Positions 1 to 12,902 of a stretch of DNA of 64,000 nt are shown here, piece after piece (position 1 is the first letter of the stretch; every line of letters begins with the position of its first letter). This stretch comes from Lobosporangium transversale. Lineage: Eukaryota. The notes beneath the pieces were generated by a model. The model saw only the letters and a program-made list of their open reading frames with translations, did no database searches and was not told the origin of the DNA. The stretch spans positions 1,116,001 to 1,180,000 of the forward strand of contig NW_019028979.1 of assembly GCF_002105155.1 (NCBI RefSeq), read 5' to 3'. A program made the translations under genes and the position numbers.

Positions 1-255
1 AATGAAAGAAAGCATCGGGGAATCTATAACAACACGGCCAACAAAAGTGCAAAGTAGAGCGGCATAGTATATTTCAATTATAGATAAATCATTTGTAATT
101 CTGTATTTAGTCCCAGAGTCGCATAAAGAATATCAACATCTACTCGGAGCTACGTACGACCTTGATAGGATAAATATTCTGGTCAGTATTTGATGCTTGG
201 GTATCGGCTCTGGATCTAAGCTCGTATCGTGGAAGGCTTCCCGGTAGTGGTATTT

Positions 256-649
256 AAGACTGAAATAAAGACCCCGTACAAATAAAAAAAAAAGACCTGG
301 GGAGCAGTGTAAATAAGGTGTGTACGGGCCGTGCAAATAGATTTTTTAAGTATTTGTACGGCCCCCATGTAAATATCTTTTTCCTTTTTTTTTTTTTTTT
401 TTTGGGTCACAGTATTCATATACAATACGACGCACCAAACAGGAAGATCCTATATCGACAGATGCCATCTGAAACTTTGAGATGGTTTAATGATCTCAAG
501 GAATGGATTAATCTAATTGGGGCCCCATATTAAATACACCATTATTTGACAGCCTATTTTTTGGGCAGCCACTTAACTTCACACGCTTGGGTAGCAGCTG
601 GGTTGTCAGATAATGAGGTTATTTGCACGGGGGTTATTATTTCAGTCTT
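256..649. mobile_element. Putative MITE / non-autonomous TIR element remnant
   Basis: Imperfect ~30-bp inverted repeats: aagactgaaataaagaccccgtacaaataa (256-285) versus the reverse complement of ttatttgcacgggggttattatttcagtctt (619-649). An internal inverted pair (326-339 / 351-364) reuses the CCGT[AG]CAAATA motif. No coding capacity and no clear TSD. Confidence 0.5.
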
Positions 650-2216
650 TCAATTAAACCCCGTCTTTAATTGGTGGGCTTCCTCTAAATAAAAATGTCA
701 ATAGACAGGAAGCATTAAGATCGCATAAATATGTTGATGCGCCTCTAACCGTTACTGTCACTGGTGTAGCTGAATGTCGCGATCAAAAAGCTTGGTAGAT
801 CTTTTTTGTTGGATGTCAACAAGTTCAACAGGAGCTCCTGTGCTTCTCATCGGCACAGAATTGTCCTCAGTAACCGAAATACGAGGGTTTTTACAGACAA
901 AACTAGAAGTGAGGCCAAATAACGCTAGGTAGGTTGCCAAGCAAATCATGAGGGTGTTCCGTATTGTGACAGGATGACAGTCAATTATTGGACACTGCTT
1001 TATTTGCGACTCCAGAAATGGGGCAACCCATTTATAAAGCTAGTATCTTATCAATAATCAAAGCTCAGGAAAAACGCATTTTTGGATGGGTATCCCGTTG
1101 TTACCCTTTAATGAGGTATTCGTTAATTGGGGAAATGATATTCGCCCATGTGAAAAAGCTACTACTTGCCAAAAAAAAGACTTTAAATCTGTCTAGCTCT
1201 GTATGAATTGATCAAAATTGCTAAAACCACTTTCTATCTTTTGCAATATTCTCTTGGGAGTGAGCGTATTATCAGACATATATATATATATACGAGAGGC
1301 CTCTTTAAGCATATATCAGTTAGCCAGATGCAACAGAGAGAGTAGCTTCTTTAATCCGATGCTCAAAGATATAGACTAGGGATAGAACCAATACTAAATA
1401 AAAAGAGCAAGTGGATTGGTATAGCATCAGTAGCACAGACCTTTTAATGGTTCTCAAATCTAATCGAGCATGATATGGGCGTTACAAGTTTTCCTTTTCC
1501 AAGCAGGGGAAATTCCTACTGTGCAACCATATTGAGTTCGAACTGACTTACAAAATGAACTGTACTCATCGCCTACCTCCGATGGCAGTAGTAAATCATC
1601 CAGTTATTGCCTCCGGGGCACAAGCTACACAACCGTAAGCTCTGTCATCGATTTTTTCTAGACAATCGTAATGAGTCTGGGAAATATCTTTAAGCCATAG
1701 ACATCAGAACAGTACTCTCTGTAACTGACATGTTCCACACCAATTAGCTATCGAGACAGCACCACAGGAAACCGAACGTCCCTGACTTTGGATTATCCAA
1801 GAAAAAGGAAAGCGAGGATCCATAAGAGAAAAACCAGTGCTTGATGGGCCTATTGAAGGCCTCTATCCAACCTAGTAGCTAGCTTAGTGATAAGCTCAAA
1901 AATATTATCCTAGGCTCTATCAAACGCCATTACTAAAGAGTTAATCTGCTTTGCACTACTTCCTACCAGCCTTGCACTATCGCCAGTAAAGCTACCGCCA
2001 TTCTTTATAACTTCGGTTCGCCTCCAACCGATACCTTGGAGGCTCGGTTGCATCAGCAGTAGAAGTCGTAATAACACAACCAATCATTCAACTATAGGGA
2101 CAGCAATTGTATCTATAGTATCTGCTAGCATCAATATATATAATTTATTCATTACATCAACCAGTTTATCTAATTTTTTTTTTCCCTAAAAAAGCGAGGG
2201 GTGGTATATTAGTGCT

Positions 2217-4560
2217 TTACTCTTCATTGACACGAAGGCTATCGACGAACAAGCGATATTTCTGGGCGCCAATATGGTCTAGATTCTCGACATGAAGCGA
2301 GAACTTGAGCTGTTCCTCCGCGCGTTTCTCGCGAACTTCACACCAGTTGCGGCGGTTCAACAGCTTCTTATTCTCAAGTGGGCTACCATCTACATCCTGC
2401 TGGAATATTTCAGTCATTTCCTCTGAGGTATATTCGTTCAGTTTGTAGGTTTTTGACGTCTTGTGCAGCGCAGTGATAACGGCGCCAGGGGGAGGGCCAC
2501 TAACGAATACGAAAATATCGATGCAGAGTGTTAGATACATCTAAAAGAGCATGAATAAAATAAATAAAACCGAAAAAAAAAAAAAAAACTTACTTGACGA
2601 TAGCAGAGGATACAATTTGTACCATGTCGTAAGGATCACTCAACCGATCTTGACTTGCAGAGCCGAACAAGCGTCCAGCGCCTCCCACATGCACCTAATT
2701 AGTCATGAAGCTTGCGTGAGCGTTATTGGGCGCATTTATCTTTTAAGTATTTCAAGGCTTTAACTCTAAACCCAATCAGTTCACTAAAGGCTTACATCAC
2801 CACCAACAAACGTAACACGGATACTCCGCTGAACAGCAATCTGTTGGAGCATTTCAACAAGACGTTTCTTTTCCTCAGTGTGAACTGTGCAGGCCCAGGA
2901 GTCAACCTAAGAATAAAAAAAAATATCAGTAAATGTTCACGACATTTCCTGTAATGTAATCTTTTTTGCTATGGGATGCACTTACCAAATCGTCCAAGAG
3001 CTCAGGTCCAAACTGGCCCAAGACGTTTTCAAAGGCTTTGCATTTACCAAAAATTTTCCCTATTACGCTTCCTCTAGACAGCTTATCACCCATTTTCTCC
3101 AACGCTTCTTCAAAAAGCTTCAAGGCCGGATAGACTAAGGGCGTCCCCAGAACAATGACTAAATGCTTCGTTGTTGGCAACAGTCTGGCTTTGATTTCCT
3201 CCTCCATTAGGTAGTACGTCTCATCCGAGAGAATCATCTCCTTGGAACGCTCTGATCGCGTGTCGGGTAAGACCACAAGCGTGTTCTTACCAAAGTGAGA
3301 AATGCAGCTCCAGCCTTTACCAGATTTTGAAGTCAAGAGCCCTGCCTGCTGAGTACTGCTGGCATTTGTATGCTGCTGAAAGAGAAGATAGAAGCGAGAG
3401 GCAGCTGCACCGATACCTAAAAAAAAAAAAAAAAAAAAAAAAGTTAGAGCTGCTATAGTATTGTGTTTTAGTCTGAGTGCCCTCTCATAAAGATTCCAAC
3501 TGAAATGAATGGAAGCGGCAGACTTGCATTCGATTAAAGATGAAAGAAGGAGGTTGCTATGATGTCTGCGATGTTATCTTCCCTTACCTTGCATGACCTC
3601 ACAGAGCTGATACCTTTCAGGATAGGAACCATAGCCATCCAGGATGTCGTGATCATCCCAAGTGTTGACCGAAGGAATTACAGAGAGAGCTTTGGAGTAA
3701 GTGCCAATGGTATAATGTTGGATATAATGCTCAAAATAATATTTCTCGACTGCATATTTCTTCTCGTTATTGAATTCAGTGGCGATACGCATGTCCCCAT
3801 CCATTTTTAGCCACTCAACCATCTCGGGTGTTGCTAATACATCATCATTGTAGATTTGATCACCGCCGCCGACCATGGCATGAAACGGCTTCTTGTCATG
3901 AGTGGCCAGCAGGTCATCCCATAGAGGGTTTGCTCCATTAAAATTCTTTTCAGGATCCTCGACGTCGGATGTGAATCCATTGCAAGAGTAGAATGCCCAA
4001 TTGTAGCCTTCGTCCAGAGCAGGAAGATAAAAGTTCCACTTCTGAGGCTCATCAACGCGTTCACCATTTTCAGTTTCGAACCAATACTCGATCATCTTTT
4101 CGCGATGAGACATCAGTCTTAAATGGATATCATAACGGAAGAAATGATTGCCTTCCCAGGATTCCAGATGGCGTGGATGTGAAAACCCAACACGGGCTTT
4201 GGTGGGGTCGCGGATAATGAGGCGTGGAGGAAGCCCTTCCTTGTCGGTGACAATCAGGCAAGAGCCTATCCAGCGACGCTTTTCAACCAAAATGTCCTGG
4301 AACCGAAGGACGGGCCCACACTTGAACTGAGTAGCAGGACGGATGACTTCGTAGTCTTGACGGATGACTTCGACGGAGCAATCATCACACTGATCTTCTT
4401 CGTCCAAAAGCGGATCTACTATACAGGCATCCTTTTCGTGAATGGAGACAGTAGCTTCTTCCTTGTCATCTTTTCCAAAGAGGGTAGTGACCTTGCTACC
4501 AATCTTGGACACAAAGTCTCCAACAATAGATAGATGAGGATGGTCTTCGTGGAATGTCAT
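2217..4560 (-). CDS. PhoD-like metallophosphatase-domain protein, 5 exons
   Basis: Motifs FYSCNGF, HAMVGGGDQIYND, NTWDDHDILDGYGSY, GDVHVG and QIVSSAIV. Predicted exons ~4560-3588, 3416-2986, 2906-2796, 2694-2594 and 2499-2217 with GT-AG boundaries. Confidence 0.85.
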
Positions 4561-5845
4561 GAATGGAGAATGGGTAAATAAAGTGTATAAGAAAGGATAA
4601 GGAGCAGAAATAGTAAAAAAAGAAAGATGAGAGGAAAAGCAGTGGTATAAATATTCGTAAAAGTCTTCAGAGAGTTAATATATAACGCCAAAGTCTAAGG
4701 GCATGCGATGCTAAAGACAGTTAAATAGATTTTTGGTCGGTGCCATCGTTGGTACTTGAAGGGAAGTCCGCATTTAATGTTGAAAGTACTCTGAAATTAA
4801 GCATAGTGTATATCTTACATGAATTAAAGAGGTGTTGGCATGAATAGATGAGAGCAAGAGATTAAACGGAGAAACCTTTCCACGAGGACGAGAGAGTACA
4901 AATATGGACTTTGCCAATAAACAAAGGGCTTTGATATGAACGGGCTAAATGATCAACACCTTTTGAGATTAGGATCGCTGTGTGCCTGAGATATATATAT
5001 ATCTGAATATATACTATATAGCCAAACAAAACGGCTCACTAGGGTATTCATTGTTCAGCTATTGAAAAAGGTTGTTCCTGTGGATGCTTTCTTCCTCCGA
5101 CAAAGTAAAAATAAAACCATTAATGGATTAGCGGATGCAGCAAAATGGTGGCCGAATATATGTCATAGTATACATCACTAAATAACTTTGTACATGTATG
5201 TTAATTTCGCCCTCGCTAAATGACAATGTCAAAGATAGCCATCTGTCTGAATGATAAAAGTTTTTTTTTTTTTTTTTTCACCAACAAGGCTTTCAACATT
5301 AGTTTTTACAAGTTTAAAAAAAAAGTCCTAAGCTCATGAAATACCAACATGCACGTGGCGTAGAGCGAAATAAGGTCTCTTTTTGTGTGCGTTGGATTGC
5401 GTATATTGCCTCTCTCCTTGGTCAGTCAGAAATGCCTCATGTGCAAAAGGCGGATAGTTTGTAGGAAATAATGAATGATTGACTGACCTATTCCACCCCG
5501 ATCCAAATGTGACCGTGTGCCATTTGTGCATTGTGTGTGCTTGAGAAGGCTTTTGTTCATATCACGATTGGGTGCGAGAAATGAAAAAAAGTGGCCCTTG
5601 CTTTGGCCTTTCTTTCTGTCTACAAAAAATTGAGTACGGGCCACATCTCTGAGCTTTCTTTTTTCATTATTTTTCTTGAATAAGTTAAAGGCAATTACCT
5701 CTTACCCCTTGTAAGAGCAAGGTTATGGTTGCTCCATCATTTTATTGACCAAAGCGTTTGTTAGCTTAATCCAGGATTCTATTAACAAATACGTTTGTCT
5801 AAATGAACATAAAAATTAGGTCAAGACTGATTCAAGCATTTTATT

Positions 5846-6093
5846 TCTCTCTCTCTCTCTCTCACTCTCTCACTCTCTCTCTCTCTCTCTCTCTCTTTCC
5901 CTCTTTCTCTCTTATACACTTTATTATTTTTGTTTCATTTCTTTCTACATCGAGCCGATTTACATTCCTTCTGCTTCTTATCATCATCAACATTATCAAC
6001 ATTATCAACATTATCAACATTATCAACATTATCAACATTATCAACATTATCAACATTATCAACATCATCAACATCATCATCAACATCATCATC
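5846..6093. repeat. (CT)n microsatellite followed by 9-bp (ATCAACATT)n tandem array upstream of the RRM gene
   Basis: Directly visible: the CT run is at ~5846-5895 and the ATCAACATT/ATC repeats are at ~5982-6093. Confidence 0.9.
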
Positions 6094-6165
6094 ACATTTT
6101 CATCAGTTTACAGGCTGAGTGTTGAGTGAGCATCTTGCTCCCTTGCTCCTTGTTACTGTTACAAA

Positions 6166-6203
<38 letters not shown>

Positions 6204-6234
6204 ATTTTAAAGAAATTGATTGAGAGAAACGGAC

Positions 6235-7122
6235 ATGACCATCCATTCTATTTCCAACCCGTCTTCCACTGCTTCGTCCCCTGTCCTCTCCTCCTCTCCC
6301 TCCACTTCCAGTACTACACCAGTAGCTTCTCACTGGTCTCCGGTTTCATCTGCCTCCCTTACTTCTGTCACGGCTGCCATGACCGCTACTCAGAGCGGAA
6401 ACGGAAATGGAAATGGGCAGTTTTGGGGTTCTTCAGGACTTGATTTGTCATCCTCTTTGAGTTCGATGAAAGGGATTGATATCCTCAATAGCGGTTTCCA
6501 CAGTACTAATGAGAGCATCAATGGAGGAGGAGGAGGGAACTTTAATATCACGGACTACTTTAGCTCCAGCATCCCCAAAACATATAACAATGGCAGCGAG
6601 CGAACAGAGCGGAGCAATAGTATTCACATCGGAAGTCTAACCAACGGGTTGAATAGCCTCAGCTTGGTAGCTGCTCAGCAAAGCCATAATCCAACGACAT
6701 CGTCATCGCTTTGTTCAGGTCTGTACAGCAATAACAACAGCAGTTTTACGACTTTCAATAGCGGTAATGGCACGATCAATGCCTCCATCAATAACACCCA
6801 TGGCAATGGCAATGGTAATGGCAATAGCAATGGCAATCAACAAGAAGAGATCTCGACTATCTTTGTGGTAGGCTTTCCTGATGACATGCAGGAGCGAGAG
6901 TTCCAAAACATGTTTGTCTTTACTCCAGGTTTTGAGGCAGCGACTCTCAAAATCCCTAACAAGGATCAGCAAGAGGATGATGTGTTGACTCTTGGGGTAA
7001 ATGGAATTAATCCTCGCAAGCAGATTGTAAGTTTTTATTATCCATATATTTTTATCCTCTATCTCCTAACAAATGAATGAGGGTTGCTGAGGTAGTTCTC
7101 ATTCCTTGTTCGTCTGCATGTC

Positions 7123-7153
<31 letters not shown>

Positions 7154-8597
7154 TGAGTGGTTGGTTGTGTTTACCAGCATGAAAAAGTAAACAAATGACA
7201 TGTACGCTTGGCCAACAGCACCAAACAGTGAGCGAGCACGGAGCAATGACAACCATCAAACGCTAAAAAAGAGAAGGGCCAATAGAACTTATCAAATTTG
7301 AACTGCTCATCTTATCAACATGGTATTATAGATTGGATTTGCAAAATTCCGTACCCATCAGGAAGCGTTGCAGGCCATTAGTGTGCTTAGTGGACGTAGA
7401 GTTGATGCAGAGAAGGGGTCTCTTCTTAAGGCTGAGATGGCGAAGAAGAACTTACACACCCGTCGAGGACTTTCGAATGAACTTGTTACTACATCCGGAT
7501 ATAACTCTGCTGCAGCTATCCCTCCCACCCCTATTGGTATCAATGCTAACTACAACGGCCCTTCTAATGGCAAGCTTCCTCATCTTTTGCAGCACCGGAA
7601 CAGCCTCGCAGGCACTGCCGCCTATGATGCCTTTCACTCTGTACCCTGCAGCCCTGCTTTACCGAGTGATCTGCTTTCAACTCATGATTATCCTAGCAGT
7701 TACGATCTATACGCAGATGTTTATGCTCCCAATAATTCAAATCTAACCTTCGCCGAGTCTTTTGGTGGTCGCCGTCAAAATTCAATACAACAGCAATCTG
7801 ATTTCTCATCTTTGTTCATGGGCCGCCAAAGTATACACGATATGAATGGAGTGGACCCTTTGTCGACAGGAAGTCTTGGTAACAATGCTGGAGGTCTCGT
7901 TAACTCGATCGCTGGCTCGTTTCCTAGCTCTTTCAGTAGCCGACACATTGGACCTGCTAGCTCCCAGCGCTTCAGCAAAAGCTTTTTAGAATCTGATGGG
8001 GACACATCTATGCCCTCTTCTGGATTTATCTCAAAGTCAATTCCAGCTCATACAGAGCGTGGTTTCAATAGCGTCCTTTTCAACAATGAGGATGTACCTA
8101 ACCCAAGATTTCAAGGTTTACCGATTAATGCTACAGCAACAGCGCCACTGGTAGCACCAACAATCCCTTCGTCTGGTGTGGCTTCTCCTGCATTCCGTCC
8201 ACCCATTAACCCTGGTGATCAGAACCCACCTTGCAATACTCTCTACGTAGGAAACTTGCCAATGAACACATCCGAAGAGGAACTTCGAGCATTATTCTCA
8301 CGCTGTCCAGGTTATAGGCGTTTATGTTTCCGAACAAAATCAAATGGACCAATGTGTTTTGTTGAGTTTGAGAATATTGAATACGCAACCCAAGCCTTGA
8401 ACGAGCTCTATGGAAATCCTCTCAGTAACTCAGTCAAAGGAGGTATCCGTCTCAGCTACTCAAAGAATCCACTCGGTGTCCGCAACTCGACACCATCCCA
8501 GCCCAGTGGACTCAGCAACCAGCTACATAACATGAATGGCACACCTTTCTTGGATCGTCGTGATAGCATGACCGCGATGTTTGAACAGCATTATTAA
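6235..8597 (+). CDS. WHI3: Whi3/Whi4/Scw1-like RNA-binding protein with two RRMs
   Basis: N-terminal [27 protein letters not shown]...IGFAKF. C-terminal [20 protein letters not shown]...GPMCFVEF...[15 protein letters not shown]. One intron at 7027-7331. Confidence 0.88.
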
Positions 8598-10965
8598 GTT
8601 AGCGGTTATTCTTCAGACTTTTTTTATTTCATTTTATTGTTATTCTGCTTATTTTGGCATTTTGATACTTAGGCATACTTTTCTTTTTTTTTTTTTTTTG
8701 AAGACGACCAAAGATCATATTCGACATTCTTCTTTTGTTCTATATCCAACAGATCAGTCGAAGCATACCCCTTATCTTACAGTTCAAAGACAACATCTAT
8801 ACATAGTTGGCATCAGCATATCATTTTTTCATTAGCATTCATAAAGGAAAAGAACATTATTACTGTTAGCTGTCCATATTTCTCAAGGATTCGGCGACCC
8901 TGGAGGTTGCTTCGGGGTTGCTACGTAGATAGAGTGGTGCTAGAGATCTAAAATATCTTTCTAAAAGATTTTAATCTCATCAATACTACCCACGAGTAGT
9001 CCCTTTTCCCAGTGACCCAACTAGAGGGTTGCATCCTAAAGCGAATGGAGTGGATGTTTATTACTAAGCTTAGGGGGATGTATTGATGATAGGGAACCGA
9101 CTAGTGTCGTTTAGTCCACCTCTCTATCGGTGTCCCTGGTATCGATTACTCGCAAAAAAAAAGTTGCAAGCAAGGACAGGAGGACAGGAAAGACAATGTG
9201 AGCAAATCGCATGTATGGGTGTGTATCCAATGACGAGCCAAGGTAGACCCATGGCCTTCTGTGGAGCTATCTGTTAACTAATAAGTTTTGTGTGTACATC
9301 TACAAAAAAAGAAAAAAAAAGAAAAACTTTGAATGATGAGGCCCCGCTTCTCTTCTTCCTATCCTCTTTTTCTTCTCGTTCGTCCATTCTACTTTCTCTT
9401 TCTCTTCAGAAGTAATAGCAACCTCTTTTCACATAGCCCAAGGCTCTATTATTAAGAAATAGCGTGATATACTCGGAGCTTAACCCTGTCCTATTTCCTT
9501 TGCAAAAGTATTTCGTCGCCTTTACTTCTCGGATCTTTTGTCTCTGGATCCACGGCCAATGCTTAGTATTTGGATGGCTATAAGCACTCCTAGCATATTT
9601 ATAGAATACCACTATGAAAAGAACAGAGTAAGCATCTCTCAGTCTCTCTATTCTCACAAGTCGACTTTCTTTTGAATACGATCGTTATGATATGGTGAGC
9701 CGACATCATCAGTAATATCAATGTCTCTCATATACCAATGAGCGTAAGGCTTACTTATCCTCAATTAAGATGCCTTCACCAGTGCCAACTACATCTGCTT
9801 ATAACCATATGCCTTTCAGTGTTCTTGACTATGCTGGCGAAGCATCCATGATGACTGCAACGACTACGTGTATTGCCTCAAGAGAGCGTGACTTCATTGG
9901 TAAGAGCGAGGATATCAACAAATGTAATAAGGCCTCACCTGCCCATACTCCTAACAACAATAACACATTTGAATATATCACCGCCCAAAATAAAATCCTT
10001 GCCAATACAACGATCCTAGGGAAAGGAAAAAGGAGCGTTAATCACGTCAACAAGCGCCCCTGCTAAAATACACTGACCCGCTAGCATGACTCGCGCTAAT
10101 ATAAAGACTCTAGTAATAGCTTCTACTTCAGGTAGAGTATCTACTGGGCAGCCCTGCCATTCATCTGAGTATAGCAAGTGAGATACCGGCGCTAGATCAG
10201 GCGAGGGCGCAGCTGAGACAAATACAAGCGGGCAAAGTTTTGCTGTGAAGCTTTGCTTATCGGTGAGAAGCGATTGATTAGAACCGTAGGCTTCATAAGG
10301 ACTCCGGAGGGTACTATGGGATATGACCAATTGGGTCAGGCTCAATGAAGTCGTGCTAGGAAGCGGTAGGTTTTGGAGCATGATAGATTGGATGTTGAGG
10401 TGTAAAGGTCAGAATGAGGATGGGGGAGCCCTTTCTAGATCTTTTACGCCTTTATTGGTTGCAAAATACAGGATAGAAGGTGATGGAACGAGATGGTTTT
10501 GTTAACATCAGGCAAAGTTAGGGAGTGCAGCAGTTCCAGCAGGCGAATGGTGATAAAAGCTAGATTAATGAGGCACCGAGCATCTAATATATAACGCATT
10601 AGCGCGTTTTCTTCTTTCTACTTCTTTGCCTAATGTTATAGTGGGTGTAAAACGAGAAAAGATCAAGCAATCTATTATAAGAGCAGAGCTTGATATATTT
10701 CCTATAACAAATAGTGATAACATGTAGCGTAGTTTTTTTTACTCGAAATGCCTTACCTTGCTCGGCAAGAAGTATGTGCCCTAAGCTCCTCAGCTCGTAT
10801 AAATATTTGCTCTAAGTACCGAGGGTTTATTTGTATTTCTTCATCTTCAGCTTCATTACCATCTTCTCCCCTTGACACGCTCATAGGTACTATCCACCAA
10901 ACCCGGCACTTATTCTTTACAAGGTGAAACGCGAAACCAAGCACTCAAACCCTTTGCCTTTGACC

Positions 10966-11577
10966 ATGAAAAACATCCTTTCACTCAGCGCTGCCTTCGC
11001 GGTCTTTGCCATGTCATCTGCGGCCCCTTTGGTCGAGCTCGAAACCAAGCCTATGGTTGAACTTAGGCATTCGCCTATCGAGAAGCAGCAGATCGGCGGC
11101 CTCAGCTCACCCTCAGCTCTTGCATCCACGCTCAACACTGCGTCGGGGCCCATCAACTATGGCAATCTTAATTTGGGGACAGGTATGCAGCCTAGTCAAG
11201 TGGTCCATTATGGGATCGAGAACCAACCCAGCCACGGGTTCATTGCGCCCATGGTTGCTACTACCACTGCCAAGGAAGCTATGTTTCAATTGGCACATGT
11301 AGACAAAGCCGAGGGGCCAGTCGTAAATGCGGATTTGGAGGTCGGCAAGTTGATCTTGAAGGGTGATGTCAGCAAGTACGCAGGCGCCTCGAGTGAGAGT
11401 TTCAATGATAATGATACCAACGATGATGAGAATGTGGATGTTGCTGAGTGGGGTCGTTATGGATGGGGACACCGCCAGCCTTATTGGTGGTATCGCCATG
11501 GTGACTGGCACCGGCGTCGACCCTATCGCCGTATCCCACCTTGGTGGTACAGAAGGGGAAATCCCATGGCTGCCTAA
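10966..11577 (+). CDS. Secreted 203-aa protein: signal peptide, conserved domain, acidic spacer, W/R-rich C-terminal peptide (paralog A)
   Basis: Intronless ORF starting MKNILSLSAAFAVFAMSSA-APL. TATAAATA at ~10798. Clearly paralogous to 12354-12902. Confidence 0.85.
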   Translation: MKNILSLSAAFAVFAMSSAAPLVELETKPMVELRHSPIEKQQIGGLSSPSALASTLNTASGPINYGNLNLGTGMQPSQVVHYGIENQPSHGFIAPMVATTTAKEAMFQLAHVDKAEGPVVNADLEVGKLILKGDVSKYAGASSESFNDNDTNDDENVDVAEWGRYGWGHRQPYWWYRHGDWHRRRPYRRIPPWWYRRGNPMAA

Positions 11578-12353
11578 TCAAGTTTTCATTCCATAGGGTA
11601 CTATTTGTACTAGTTCCTTAGGCTATCAGATACTGCTCCAATAAAGAAGACATGTGCAATAACTACGGACAGCTTAACCTTTCTTCCTCTCTCTTTTTAT
11701 TATTACTATTATCATTGTTTTGTTCCTTTATTGACCAAGGAATAATGAATAAAGGAAAAAAAAAAGCCTAAGATGATTTATATTCGGGCCATTGCTACTG
11801 GAGACGAAAAGTATTGAAGCGATAAAATGATCTGAAATGCTGCTTGATCCTTTATTGGTGTGAAAAAAAAAAAAAGTAGGCTATGCGCGTTGGTTAGCAT
11901 TTAGGGACGCGCCTTGCAGGCCCGACGCGCTTTGGTTTAAATCCAAGGCTTGTCAAGCGCTAAACTAGGTTTGCCCGTCCATAGGCTTCCCGATGGTACA
12001 TAGTTATATTACGCATGCCAATTCCTTTTTTTTTTTTTGCCATCCATATCAACCATTATCAGAAAGCTCCGAGTTTCACAAGACCGATCAAAAGATTATC
12101 ACAGATGTTACGGAGGATTATATTATTTTTATTGCTGGTTAGCGTGCTCTAATGACATCCACGCAAACCTTTGTTTGCGCCTGAGTATTAGCAGAATGTT
12201 CAGTTGGTATAGCTCTCTAATTTAGTATAAATAAGATTGCTCATCCCAAAAAAAAAAGACAGCGGCAATTAGCTTCTATTCACTACAACAGTGACTTCAT
12301 TCACCAACCAATCCAAGCACAAATTTCACATCATCTCTTTTTTGCAGTGTCCG

Positions 12354-12902
12354 ATGAAGTTTTATATTGCATTCAGCGTGGTTCTTGCCGTCGCTTCGGC
12401 TGCGCCTTTGGCTGAGACCGAAACACAGCCAACTTATCTCCTTGAAAAATCTCCTATTGGTAGGCAGCAAATCGGTGGCCTTAGCCTCCCGTCGGCCTGG
12501 GCATCAACTATAAACACTGGTGCTGGTCCTATTAACTTCGGGAACGTTAATAAAGGTACCGGTCTTCAGCCCAGTCAAATCGTTCACTATGGTACTGAAA
12601 ATCAGCCTCATCAGGGATACATCGCTCCCAAGGTCATTGAAACAACTGCGAAGGAAGCCATGTTCCAGGTGACCAAGGCTGAGAAGGCTGATGATCTCAT
12701 CAACGTCAATATGGATGTGGGTAAGCTGGCTTGGACAGGCCGTTATAGCAAGCATGCGGCCACGAACGACGAGGACGAGGACGATGAAGATGAGAACTCC
12801 AAGTGGGCCCCTTACCCTTGGGGTTATCCGCCGTATTGGAGACACCGTCATCATTGGCGCTGGTGGCGCCGCCATCGCCACTACCCTCCATGGTGGTACT
12901 AA
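12354..12902 (+). CDS. Secreted 182-aa protein: signal peptide, conserved domain, acidic spacer, W/R/H-rich C-terminal peptide (paralog B)
   Basis: Starts MKFYIAFSVVLAVASA-APL. Shares QQIGGLS.PSA.AST.NT..GPIN.GN.N.GTG.QPSQ.VHYG.ENQP..G.IAP and TTAKEAMFQ with paralog A. TATAAATA at ~12226. Confidence 0.85.
   Translation: MKFYIAFSVVLAVASAAPLAETETQPTYLLEKSPIGRQQIGGLSLPSAWASTINTGAGPINFGNVNKGTGLQPSQIVHYGTENQPHQGYIAPKVIETTAKEAMFQVTKAEKADDLINVNMDVGKLAWTGRYSKHAATNDEDEDDEDENSKWAPYPWGYPPYWRHRHHWRWWRRHRHYPPWWY

Noticed and set aside
2020..2043. 8-bp perfect hairpin gcctccaa/ttggaggc
   Set aside because: Isolated short stem with no supporting context.
5803..6129. ORFs with INIINI / MLIMLI / STLSTL repeats
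   Set aside because: Translations of the 9-bp tandem repeat; no independent coding evidence and no CRISPR-like spacers.
9770..10505. Short ORFs in a coding-like stretch with many stops
   Set aside because: Possibly a decayed gene or TE fragment, but no recognisable motif.
11880..11960. GC-rich stretch between the two secreted paralogs resembling a tRNA end
   Set aside because: No cloverleaf and no proper A/B boxes.
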